From Botryllus schlosseri (taxonomy: Eukaryota), in NCBI GenBank assembly GCA_051294905.1, contig CM119371.1, positions 28,460,001 to 28,524,000 of the forward strand: DNA of 64,000 nt, written 5' to 3'. Below are positions 49,516 through 61,941 of this stretch, in pieces. Position numbers and translations under genes: made by a program. The notes under the pieces are model-generated. The model did no database searches, was not told the DNA's origin, and worked only from the letters and a program-made list of their open reading frames with translations. Position 1 is the first letter of the stretch; each line of letters opens with the position of its first letter.

Positions 49516-52451
49516 GTTGATAGTACTCTCTTATTTGAGTTTTATGTGCTTGGTCCCAGGGCTGTAATGACTCGAGTCGTTATTTTTTGTTGGCTCTAGC
49601 GGTTATCTTCAAAATGGAAAACGACTCGACTCGAGTCAATTTGTGTATTGACTCCACTTGAACTCGAGTCATGATCATGACTCGACCAATTCATATAGCT
49701 CAGCACTTACTATATGACTTATTGGCCGATAATTGAAAAATGGGCCCACAACCTGTCTTTTTTCTCTTATTATAAACCTGTTTGGGATGAGAAAAATTTT
49801 CAGCTTTTACAAATTAGATAAGAATTGAAATTATAGCTACACAGCATTTTCCAAACTAGCATTATAGCTATAGATAGATTCTTTTTTGACCTTGTGTATG
49901 TAAATTAGATGTTTTACCACATAATGTTGCAGATGTACTTCTATCTTCATTTCTGGTTGGAACTGTATGTCCTTACAAAGTAGTTTATCCTGAAAAAACT
50001 TATTCGACCTGAACACTGACAAATTTTTACATGAAAAAACTTGATTTTAACGAAATCTAGAACTCTGAAAAATTCTATAAGTTACATCGTGCAGTATGGT
50101 GGAAATGATCAAAAAATTTTGCAGTACAACTAAAGATACTTCCTACATTCTCTGTTGGAAAAGTGTCTATTCTTACTAAGTGAGTAAGTGCCAAGAATGT
50201 ACAAGTACACTTGTACAAGTAAGAGTGTTGCTTCATTCTGACAATGTTCTCTACATCACGGTTTTACGTCATGCGCTTCTTGATGTAAGAACCAATATGC
50301 CAACGCAGTCTTGCTTTGAACAGAACAGTAACGATATTGTGTTACGTTGAAGTTGAGCATAACACCATGTCGACCCATTTGTTTCATTTGACCGTTTATC
50401 ATTCGCGATGAGCTGGCAGCGGGTCGTCTACAACGGTAGGCCTATAAAGTAGGCTACAAACTGTAAAATGAGAAATGATACAAGCATACTTCGTCTTTTA
50501 TACATATCGTTTACTTTTATATTTTATTGCCTTTTATGTACAGCGCCCTAGTGTAGTAATGATATATTGTTATATTCGGCGCTCTATAAATTATTATATT
50601 ATTATTATTATTATTATATGTGGGTTGCAAAAAAATTTGTACTTTGCAAACTATCTTGACAATTTTTTGACCTAACGCTACAATTTTGACTTATTTTGAC
50701 ATGTCAAAAAATGGCCCTACTCATAACCATGAACATGGCAAATGTCTGTACAGAAAGCTTATGTCGTTTTGCACAATAGAGTTCTCTAGCGGTATTTTCA
50801 GGAAAACCAGAAATCAGGTTGGAATTGAAATTAGAGCATAGAGTCATTTCACAAATTAGGTTTGAATTGGATTTCCAGCATCTTCCTCTGATTAGTCTAA
50901 TCAGATGACTAGAATTATCTAGTTGTTTTAGTCCAGTTCTGATGTCGATCCCCATTTCCAGGGCGCCGTATCGATGATCGGATTGACATGGACGCTCGAA
51001 TAGCGGAAGAAAGAAAAAAGCAAAAGCGTACTCTGCTCGAGCGCTGGCGTGCGATGCGTACCGACGAGGTCTTGCGCGAAAACTTTTACGTCTTCTCTTT
51101 CCAATCCTACTTTGAATTCCCCGACGAGGAAGGCTTTCAGCCTTGCGAGCTAGCCGTGGTCGAGTATTCTCTACGTGACGGCATCCAGCGTCAGTTTCAC
51201 GCTATGATCAATCCAGGACGCGTTGTGTTAGGGCTGGGTGCGGAAGCTAAGCTGTGGAGCGAACGCACTCATAAGATACCCACTGTCGGATTCGAATTAG
51301 GCAGAACTGATCACGACGTGTTGTGGCGTGAAGTGTTAGAATTTGTGAACCCGCGCGGGGATGCTTGTTTTCCGCCTTTATACACTAGGATTTCAGAAGA
51401 AGTGAAAAACACCAGATGTCTCGAATACTTAGCGCGTCTTGCCGGGCAAGCGAACCGTCTGTCTAAAGTTTACCAGTTTGAGAATCTGGCGCACGCCTTG
51501 TACGATTACGCAAGATTACAGATACCATCTCTTAACCTGATAAAAGAAGGGTGTGGGTCTTCGTTGTACGATTACGAACGTGACACAAAGTGCGACTACC
51601 ACGACGAGATCGAGTGTCTGTTTTGCGCCGTGCTGACGGTGAAGAAGTGTTGTTTCTGGATGAGCGATGCTTTCATGAAGGTTTTCGGGATTGAGATTAC
51701 GGAAAGACACTTGCCTGTCAGGCAGCTGCCGCAGTATGACATTGTCGACCCAGAAGACATGGTGGTTCAGAGACAGACCAGCCGTAGTAAATTCTTGGGT
51801 GCTAGCTCGTTGCCCGCGTACGACCCGAATTTACCGAGGAATCTGCAACCTAGAGAGTCTTTTAGGGATGCGTTCAAGAGCAATACTCCGAGAGCAGATG
51901 ATGAGGAGGATAATATATTTGCGTCTCGCGATATTAGATACAGGCGTAACAAGAAAGCGTCCGCAGGCCGCGGCATGGCGATATCCTTTCATCCTACCGC
52001 GGATTTTTCGCAGTCCGAGACCGTGTCCGTGGCGGATACGGTGGACGATGTGGCGTCTGCCATTTTGGAAGATGACATGCAGACTTTGATCCTTGCTGAT
52101 GAAGAGATATCGGAAGCCACCAGCTGCGCCACCAACAGTCGTTTGCCTCGTAAAGCCGGGCGATACTTGCAAGCTTTCGCAGCTGGACAAGTCCGCGGGG
52201 CTGGAGAATCGAAACCCTTCAACGGAGTAGGGTCGGAAAAACTAAGCCTGATCGGCGATAAAGAATTGTCTACGTTGCCTGATGACTCTGTTACGAAATG
52301 CGAGTCAAACGGTACTGTGAAGGCTGCGTTTGATTTGACGCAGAAAGTCGAGAGAGCCTGGGACGTATCTGGCAGCGGTATATGTGTGGGTAGGGGTAGA
52401 GGTTTGGTATCGGACCATAGCAGCGTTGTTTACCGCAGCGATTCTGATTGA
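49284..52451 (+). CDS. MAEL: Protein maelstrom homolog (HMG box + MAEL domain); join(49284-49515,50962-52451), 573 aa
   Basis: Exon 1 encodes an HMG box (MPNKKPPKNAFSFY...WQSMSEEEKAPYKEKA). A phase-1 intron G|gttgat...tttccag|GG joins it in frame to the MAEL domain, which has PCELAVVEYSL, THKIP and CDYHDEIECLFCA (E-H-C-H-C). Confidence 0.92.
50480..50617 (+). mobile_element. L2/SINE-type 3' tail inserted in the hAT relic within the MAEL intron
   Basis: GTACAGCGCC...GGCGCTCTATAAAT followed by (ATT)n; absent from paralogous hAT copies at 16940 and 60920-60970. Confidence 0.55.
50962..52451 (+). CDS. MAEL: Maelstrom exon 2 (MAEL domain + C-terminal tail)
   Basis: Acceptor cccatttccag; the frame is open to TGA at 52449-52451. 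Confidence 0.92.
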
Positions 52452-52714
52452 AGGCACTGTGAGCGATTGTATTGTACGCAAATCTGCTTTTCACGAGTTT
52501 CATCGTTCTTTTAATGAATTTGTGCCTTTATTTCTTTGCTCGATTGTATAGACTGGTGAAACAATAACTGTGGCTCGATAAATGTGTTCGCTGTGTGGTA
52601 CATTCTGATGTCTTCGTAAATCATATGCTAGGGCCGATCCTTGTTTGTGCATGCTGATCTGCTTTTGTAAAGTTTCGTTGTTGCCTATTCAATGTGTTCG
52701 TACTCGATTTCATC

Positions 52715-53075
52715 GACCGTTGGAACTGGCGAGACAAAGAGTTCAATTCAATAACGCATTCCTTTTGCAGAAGATTCTGACTTTGCCTGCCTGTGCTTTA
52801 GTGAGGTTTCAATAATGTCCATTTAATGTATTTGTATTTAATCGCATCCACTGTTGGAACTGGTGAGGCGCACACTTCAGTTCAATAATGCGTTCATTAT
52901 GTAGTAGATTCTGACTACACGGGTTAGTTCATATACTGTGTATGTGCGTGGCGTGCAAATGTGTGTGTTGTGTATTTAATGTATCTGTACTTGATTACAT
53001 CCACTGTTGGAACTGGTGAGATGATAGCTACGGTTCCATAATGCGTCCGTTTTGTGGTGGATTCTGACTTGTGTG
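52715..53075 (+). repeat. Three diverged tandem units downstream of the MAEL stop codon
   Basis: Unit CC(A/G)CTGTTGGAACTGG(T/C)GAG...AATGCGT...GATTCTGACT near 52715, 52848 and 53001. Confidence 0.75.
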
Positions 53076-53462
53076 TCTACCTGTGTTAATTTATGTTCTC
53101 CTATCTGTACTCTTGATATTTTTGTCCAATACTGACTTGCTGCTAATGTTCTTGTTGGGTAACCGAGTTTTCTTTGACGAGGTGAATTTGTATGGCGCAT
53201 TCTTTGGTTTCTTTGTGACGTTGTACGCTGTTCTGTTTCTGTGAAGTATAACTGCTTTGTGTGTACGACAAGCTGCTTGTGTGGTCTCCATTGTAGTATA
53301 TGTGATGTTGGGGAGCGAGACAGAAAGTCGTTCGGTTTCAACCAGAGGTGTCCAATTTTTCAACATTGAAAGGGAACACTGCTGGTAGCCGTGCAGGAGG
53401 GTTTTGCAGGTACCTACAAAGCTTTGGCGGGTGAGAAACAGGGTTTTCTGGTTGTGTAGGAT

Positions 53463-53866
53463 CAGTGGTGGCCTTACGAGCTGGGCGAGACTAACCGGGG
53501 GCCCCCTATAAGTATCTAACTGTAACTTCTGGGGGGCTCCGCCCCCAGACCCCCCTTTTCCGCGGTAAGGTTTGGCCAGGCCCTGGATTCGGCTATGTAC
53601 ATTATTGCTTGTGTCTAAGGATAGACTACATCAAGACTAAGTAATTCTACTGCATGCAGAGACGTGCTGATCATCGGGATACGGGACTTTTCTAACAAAT
53701 ACAGAGATTTGATGATGATTGACACATCCGTACGGAATCATATTCTTGCTTGGTACACGGATTTCCATGTTTATTCGTTATTATCCTTAAAAAAGCGCAT
53801 AATCCGAATAGGGGGGCCTTCGACCAGGGGGCCCCGGGCGACCGCCCACCCCAAGAGCCACCACTG
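53463..53866. mobile_element. hAT-type MITE
   Basis: TIR CAGTGGTGGC/GCCACCACTG and exact TSD TGTAGGAT. Confidence 0.88.
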
Positions 53867-55372
53867 TGTAGGATGGTGCAGCACACTTGCACAGCATGAC
53901 TGTGGAGTACATTGAAGGCCCTGGCAGGTAGAGTACTCACTGAGGATTGTAAGGCCTACGGTAGAGTATTGCGTATCCAATTCTGTATCCGGTTCGACTC
54001 CAGAAATACAGTTTTTCTTTCACACTTTACGTTGGTTGACTGAAAAGAAGGTGTAGAGGACGAATTCCCAAAAAGGAGGACGTATGGTAATTGGTAACCT
54101 TAAACAATATCCTACACAACATTGAGCATCCATTTGCCCATGTCGTCGAAATCTTTCCACTTCGCCAATGCACTGAAGTTTGCTATTAGCTAGGCTTACC
54201 ATGCGTCCTCTTACTTGAAAGTGTCCTCGGAGGACGCCCTTTTGTCCCCTTTAATGAGAATTTTGGTCATATTTGTTGCAAAATGCGGCTGCGATGCCGT
54301 AAATCAGCACCGAAGGGACGCTCCGGCGGGTATTTCGGGAGCTGAGTGGAGAGTTTTTTTTAGTCAACCGACCACAAACTCGGAAAAATTTACCATTTTT
54401 TGAGAATTCTCCGGTTTTGCAAATATAAAAATTCTGAAAAAGTGTCCTTTTTCAGATTTCCAAAATATGGTAACCCTATTATTAGCCTAAGGATTTTTCG
54501 AAATAGTGGTGCAATACTGAAGCCAGCCGAGTCCAAGTTCATACAAAATATTACAGTGAACAACAGGAAGGCATTTTCATGCACTAGAAATTTAGAATCC
54601 TGCCCGGATCCAACTGTCGGGCAAAAATCCGAATCCTGTCCGGTTAGAATCCAAAATTCTGATCCTGTACATCTGTAGCATACGGTGAACTCGATTACAG
54701 GCAGATTTGCTAATTCTCAAGACCTCATGGAATGGCTGCACGGTCAAAGTTTGGTTTGTAAGTCAGCAGCGTTTGGCTGAAGGCAATTTGACAGTGATTT
54801 TCGACCGGCTTGCCGAGCATCAAATTTGATAACACGGGTATCAATGGAAAGCTACCGCTGTAGCCTACTGATTACGAAAATATCAATTTTATTTCGCTCG
54901 TAGCCCTGGAACCCCCACATTCAGCCTCGAACTCGTCATTGTTATGGAGAGTGGCATAGTGACGAAACAACTCTCTGGCAAAACGAGAGCGTAGCTCAGG
55001 AGCAAATGAGTGGCTGCGCGACGAGAGTGAGTACTCACTTGGCGTCGCGGCAATGAAATCGCAGTATTACTTCTGGTGCAAAAGGTCTCCGTCTCCAGCA
55101 TTCAGAGAAATCCGAATGATGATTGAAAAATAATAAACCAAATTCCAACGTCACCGTTTAGTTAAATTACCTATATTCCATATAAGGGCTAGGCCTAGGC
55201 CTGGTAACAGAGCATTCCTGCGAAAAAAAAAACAAAGGTAAAGATTTGGTGGTAATTAACATTTTGGAATCATTTGACTGGTCTGGCCCGCAAGCTGGAG
55301 TCCTACACAACAAGTGGGCTAAACCAATCGATATCATAATAATCTGGCATATCGAGAAGCTAAAGTCTATAC

Positions 55373-56410
55373 CAGGGGTCACCAACACGCGGGCCGCATG
55401 TGTCCCATGAGGTCATATTTTGCGGCCCCCGACTTGATTTCAGATTTCCAAAGAAGGCTAAGATAACATTTGGAAATGCTAAAATTGACTACAGTTTCAA
55501 CAGATTGTTGTTTGTTGTTGTTGTTTCAAAATATGCTGTTCTCCTGTGCCCAAAATCACTATTCGTTACTAGCTAAAACAGCTTTGGCGATGGCAACAGC
55601 ATTCCATCGAGGGAGTGTCAGCTTATATGAATGAGCAATTGCCGTGACGTGCAATGGACCCAAACACTACCAAGACCGAGACGCAAAGAAAACGGCTTAA
55701 GGCAGTGGTTCTCAAACTGGAGCCCCCCCCCCCCTTATGAGGGTGTGAAAGCATCTGGAGGGGGCGCGGAGCTGCGGTCAACTTAAAATTTGTTTGCGCG
55801 CCGCGTGGTTTACCTTGAATTCATAGTTATTGCCCTGTGTAGGCCTACAGTCCGGAATTGATATTATAGAATTCTCTCATCAACAGTGATAACGTTCCAT
55901 GCCATAAAACTATCCGTTGGGACTGCTAGCATTCTGGTTCCATTTTTCGATATGACGATAAAGGGGCGCGAAAATGTTCAGTATCATAAAGGGGGGGGGG
56001 GGGTTTAAAAAATTTGAGAATCACTAGCTTGAGGCTTTAACCCAGAAGATCAAGCTTTACCTGGAGATGGTATTTTATCTAGTGACGTATCTCGCTAGCC
56101 CTAATATCGATTCCTCAATCCTTAGTCGCTGAAAAGCGTTTCCAGGTATCGTGCACACTCCACAGCTCAGAGTTCCAAATAAAATGAAGAAATTGATGAT
56201 AATGATTTTTGTTGTATTTGTATTCCTTTAATATAAATATTACTTTGTTTGTGATCAGTATGCCCATCACCTATACATGAGGTGGCACAGCGTTGTACTG
56301 ACGTAGAGTTTTAAAACGTGGTTGCCTATTTTATATCGATATTGAATACATGCGGCCCGTGGCCACCATTGAAAAGTGGCCCGCGACCTATTTTGAGTTG
56401 GCGACCCCTG
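55373..56410. mobile_element. SPIN/Buster-like derivative with nested MITE 55703-56026; empty-site relative at ~41876-42520
   Basis: Outer TIR CAGGGGTCACCAAC/GTTGGCGACCCCTG with TSD GTCTATAC/GCGTATAC; inner TSD GCTTAAGG/GCTTGAGG. Confidence 0.82.
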
Positions 56411-57355
56411 GCGTATACCGTTGTGGGACACGAAATCGCGCAAGCGCGACGAAAATTTTCAATTGAATAAATCTCACAGAAACGACCAGCGAAATAGTTT
56501 TGGGCCTCTTCGACCCCTCCCAATTGGGGATTTAGGGTGCGAAGATTACGACCTTGGTAGATCGCATAACGCTCGTGCTCATTATGGCCGACCGTCATTG
56601 TTCCACTCACGTCCCGAAATCCAATGATCTAATCCCCTCATCCACTGTGTGATTGTGGTTTTAGTTCCACGATGGTATGGTTAGAATACATCCACTCCGG
56701 CCCAGCTTCAAACAATTTAGTGAATGGGTTACTACAGAGAAATGGAGGGAATATTTTTAATATGCAAGCTGTATATACATTGTACAAAGTACAGTGTACG
56801 CACATAGTTATGTCTTGTACCAACTGAACTAGCTATGTAAAAAGATTCAATCCAATGATACAATCAATTCATATGACTCTTACATTATGTACAATGATTT
56901 CGAGGATGGACGTTTCAAACCGACTACCAAGATTGATGTGCTGCGCTAAATCTTCTAACCACATTACGATTCGTTGCGGTGTTGCCCTATACTTTCATTG
57001 GAAGTTGATAAAATTGATAATGATTTGCAATTAAGGGTATTTTTATGTTACAATAATACGACCTGCCAATGTACAGTAAATTCACATTAAATACACTTCA
57101 TTCCGAGCTTAGTACACACCCTTTTCCATGGCATATATAGGCCTTGGATCTTGTGTTTCGAAGTGCAATCGCGTCGCAGAGAAACGTTGCGCTGTTAATA
57201 ATTTCTATAGGCGCTTCGGTAGAAGCGAGCACACACATTACCAGCCTTTTCTTGACTTGTAGCGGTAGAACTGGGTCTACAGAATATATTAGGTAGGTCC
57301 CTACGAATTTTCGCGCATTGTCATTCAACTTATATAAAGATCTTTCCGTCCAGCT

Positions 57356-57677
57356 CAGTGGTTCCCAACCTTTTTCGACTCATCGCCGCCTTTTCAAGCG
57401 CAACGCCGATCATCGCCCCCCCCCCCAAATTTTGCGAACCGAAAAATCGGTATACAATCTGTAATCATCGGCGGGTTGACTAAAAAAAGGTCATTCCGAC
57501 GACTTGAATCCATCGCAATATAGCCGTTTTAACGCGTCATCGCCCCCCTATCGCCCCCTTCGCTATTTTCGCCCCCTTTGTCCATTTTCGCCCCCTATCG
57601 CTCCCTTCTTCATTTCCACCCCCTAGGCCGCCAAATCGCCCCCTGGAGGACGATATCGCCCACGTTGGAAACCACTG
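57356..57677. mobile_element. Charlie/Buster-like MITE with CGCCCCC subterminal repeats
   Basis: TIR CAGTGGTTCCCAAC/GTTGGAAACCACTG with TSD GTCCAGCT/GTCCAGTT. Confidence 0.85.
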
Positions 57678-59139
57678 GTCCAGTTGTTACTCAACCTTCG
57701 GACATCCCAAAACTATAGTAGACGTATAGGCAGGACCGAAACAGTACGTCGCCAGCCCTCCAAAAATACTTTGGTCTTGGGACCCCGTAGGGTGATGTAC
57801 CACCTTCTGGGGGGGGGGGCTTCGACCCAATACATATGATTCGTGATTGAATCGGTCAATATAATCGTGAATTCCATATATTGACAACGATTTTTATCCT
57901 CTCTCAGCTCACGTAATCAGATTCATCGGTGAAGGTAGCTGCGTGGGGTGTCTTTGAAAATGCAGGGCCCGTAAATATAATAGCCTAATTATTAATATTC
58001 GGGCGGACCCGTTGGTATATAATGACTTCGTTGTATGATGGTTTCCTGTCTGCTATGTCAGAAGATTGAAATCACCCAAACGTACTAAACTAAAAGACGC
58101 ACAAGAATGGAAATGGGTATTTCTGCACTGTCAAATATAATTGTTCTATGCAGAGCGGCACTTGTCTTGTGAGGTTCATATTGGCAGGACAGTAACTTTC
58201 TGCGCCAGCCATTCAGGCGCCTGCCGCCTATGGACAACAAAACATATATGTATGTATATATGTCGAAGTTTTCGGTAAGCATAAGGGCAGTCCTTTTCGG
58301 CCAAAGTTTTCTCGCTGTCGATCGTTTTGGCAGACTTCTCGAAGTCGCATGTTACATGGCCTAAAACTTCAGATATCTTGGTGCGTCGTAGCGCGGTGAT
58401 GGCCGACGACGAAATGCCAATTTCTATAAATCGTGCGTGCTTTTTCTTGGGGAAGAGTGCGCAATAATTAAGATACTTGACACCATTAAATCGCGCACGG
58501 CGCGAATTTTTTTTTTAAGTTGAATAAATTTTCTGAAGAATACTCTATAATCAATGTTATTTCACGAAATAATTTTGGGCCCCCTTCGAGCTCGCCCCCC
58601 AAATTGGGGGTGTGGTAGTTACGTTACTGCGTTTAGGAATGTTGAGTCTGAAAATTACTGCATTACGTTTGAACGAGAGGTCGACCGATTATCGACCTGA
58701 CCGGTATAAGTGGCGAGCTGCAACACCGATGGGTTGCTGGTTCGAGTCGACATCGTTGGGATTTTACCAAGTCGACTCCCGAAAATCCCACTCCAACATA
58801 ATCTTGTTGTGTTGACTAAAAACAAGGTCATTTTCTGGATCGACTCCGACAATATCCACTCCAAGGTCAGCATTTTTAGTGACCCTTGCCGTCTAAATCC
58901 TGTGTCCAAATTAATATGGGTTTTTAACATGCAACTTTTACTTTAGTTGCGTTCTGGAGAATCCTCGCCGGATAAAGCGGCTATCTAGGTTATTCGGTGT
59001 CTGAATTAGGCGTATTCGACGGTACCTGCAAGAATTCCTAATTAAAAACAATCAAGGGACGAATCTAAGATATCCGGATCGAGTCATTACTCAGCTTGGA
59101 TTGTTCCCACCCATTCGATAACTCGGAATGTTGGGTAGC

Positions 59140-59220
59140 GAGATAGCCATAGCGTAGTGGTAAAATCCACAGCCACGACATCAATGGGTCGTTCGTTCGA
59201 GTCCAGCATTCCCACCTAAG
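59140..59220 (+). mobile_element. Decayed tRNA-like SINE head (related copies at ~58690-58790 plus and ~6940-7020 minus)
   Basis: A box TAGCGTAGTGG and B box GTTCGAGTCC, with a shared ...ACA(T/C)C(A/G)ATG(G/C)... spacer among copies; no valid cloverleaf seen. Confidence 0.55.
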
Positions 59221-61821
59221 TGTTAGAGGTTTATCTAGGCTCCTCGTCACCATCTCATCCGCGTTAGCGCGGTGCCTTACAAAAAGCCTAGAAGTAGGCC
59301 AAGCTACAACTCGGCAGATACGGAATCAAAAATAAGGAGTATCAGTCTCGCGTAAAAATGACCATAGTAGTCGACAAACACCAGGAATACCACAAAACAA
59401 CAACTCGAAATGTTGTGCGCTAGATCGGATCAACAAGTTATCTGGTTCGTCTCACATGCAGGACTCTGGAAATGGCCGAGTTCCGATCTGAAAACCTACA
59501 AAAAAATGTCTTATAAGCAATACGAAAACTGTAGATCATACAGTACGTGGTCATGTTCAGGTTATATATATATATATATATATATATGGAATATTGCAAT
59601 AAAACAAATATGATAATTTTTCTATGTATTATTATGACTAATCCAACTGTAGGACTTGATAATTTTTACTTTTAAAATGAGCGCTGAAAGTCGTGCTTAT
59701 CAGGGCTTTGGAGTCGGAGTTGGAGTTTGGCTAAGTTTTGCTTAATGGAGTCGGAGTCGTGGAAAAAATACTGACTGGTGTGGAAATTTGTGAAAATCAC
59801 TCTCTGACTCCGACTCCGGCTCCAACATTTGTATCATGAAAACAATTGCTTTCAAAGGTATCTTGAAATCACTAATAATAACTTGAATGAAATTTTTATG
59901 CACCATAAATCACTATTATTATTAGGGCTGGGCACAATGATTCGAGTACTCGAATCTGAATCGAGTAATAATTGTAATGATTCGAGTCGAGTAGCAAAAT
60001 ACGATTTTTCGAGTACTGGAATTTTACGCTCCTAGCAACTGGAAGCTAATATATAAACGAAAATTATAGTTTCGACAGTAATTTTCAGTGTTGAAACCTT
60101 AAAACCGTGATTGCGGGTCGTATCGTAGCACACGAAGCAAGTACAAAGCTACAAACATTACTGGAACTATCAGATTTCCGAAGTCATGATCGTCCCACAA
60201 CATTGCCACCAAGTGCAATAACATCGGTATGGTCGAAAAAATACCAATGTATCTTTAATGTCACCGATAACAGGCATTATATTCTTTGTGGTGACATAAA
60301 AGGTAGATATTTGAACTTTCACATATTACGTTCTGTTATGACGTCATAATGAGTGATACTCGATTACTCGACTCGACTCGAAGCATATTATGTGATTCAG
60401 AATCGAATCACTCAGGTACTCGACTATGCCCAGCCCTGTTATTAGTAATGCTATTGGTATGAATAAATTGGACATTATTTGCAAATTACAATTCAGTTGC
60501 ATGAAGAAAATCGCAATATGCATATTTGGGATGCAGTCACAAATTGATGGAGTTTTGTGTCTGGTTTTGTGAAATGGTAAAATTGATGTAAATATAACCA
60601 AACGCTGCTACCCACTTCACAAAATTAAAAATATTTGTAGTGCAGCTTAGCTGCTTGTGTCTAACAAATGATTAAGAAATACTGCATTGTCTTATAATAG
60701 TGCTTGAATACTTGAGTAAATGCATGTAGACTAGACATATGCTATTTCACAACTTCCTAAATTTCTTTTCTGACCAATGTTTATTAGTAGTGACAGTGTG
60801 AGTACTTGTAATCAGTAGGGCGATTTTTTGATACGTAAAAAATGTCAAAATTAGGTCAAAATTGTAGCGTTCTGTCAAAAATGTCAAAATTGTTTACAAA
60901 GTCAAAATTTTTATGCAACCTGCATTTCTTTTGTATCGTAGATTTTGCACTGTGAACTTATCGTTGGACATTTTACAGCTTGTAGCCTACTTTATAGGCC
61001 TACCATTGCAGACGGTCGATTGTCTGCTCATTGTGACTCATAAATATTAAAATGAAACAGATATAGGTTGACATGGTGTTATGCTCAACGTACCGCAATA
61101 TCCTAACTGAAGCAAGGCGGCGTGGGCATTGCATGGTTCTTATATAATAGGGTTACCGTAAGTCCTCCTTTAGGAGGATTCGTCCTCCTTTTTCAGATTT
61201 TGTAAATGTCCTCTGAGGACGCCTAATTAATGTCCTCTTTTTTGGCAACTCGTCCTCCATTACAGCTTTCACAGCCAAGATAATGGAGAGATTCGGGTGA
61301 AAATGGGCATAAATGACGCTAAATAGCAAATACGGACGTTCTTGCCGGAAATTCGTGGTTTGATCGAAAGGGATCACCTTTTTTAGTCAACTCACCAAAT
61401 TTCACTGCGAAAATGGCGAAATCGGCTGTTTTCAGTCTTGATCAATAACTCTAACTTTTCTGATTTGGTAAAAGTGTCGTCCTTTCCCGATTCCAAAATA
61501 TGGTAACCCTACCCTATACCTATGTGACTAACTAGGTCATTTGATTTGGATGTAGCACAGTTCACCGTTCCACTCTCTAATCCTTCACTTCAGTTAAATA
61601 ACAAACAGCTTTTGGGTCGAACTGAATCCTTTCCACTGGCGGCATCGTCGCAACCATTATGCCAAAACTAATCTCAGTACGACTTTACTAATGAATTTAA
61701 GTTGCCAGTTAGTTTCATAGACCCGATGAAATACTTATACAATCGAACGAAAACGAGCAAGGAAGAACATCCAAAGAAAGACAGCACAAAGCCGAACACT
61801 GTTGCAAGAGGCATAGGAGGA

Positions 61822-61941
61822 TGCCTGATTGAAAGACCGTATTTGGTTGTTTAGGCATCCCCCTATCTGTTCATCATATCGTGCCTGATTGAAAGACCGT
61901 ATTTGGTTGTTTAGGCATCCCCCTATCTGTTCATTATATCG
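61822..61941. repeat. Near-perfect 60-bp tandem duplication overlapping a hairpin
   Basis: TGCCTGATTGAAAGACCGTATTTGGTTGTTTAGGCATCCCCCTATCTGTTCAT(C/T)ATATCG occurs twice. Confidence 0.95.

Noticed and set aside
59100..59220. Minus-strand peptide MLDSNERPIDVVAVDFTT resembling a Gypsy integrase start
   Set aside because: It is better explained as the reverse complement of a tRNA-like SINE head (A and B boxes) with related copies at 58700 and 6960, and no downstream integrase motifs were seen.
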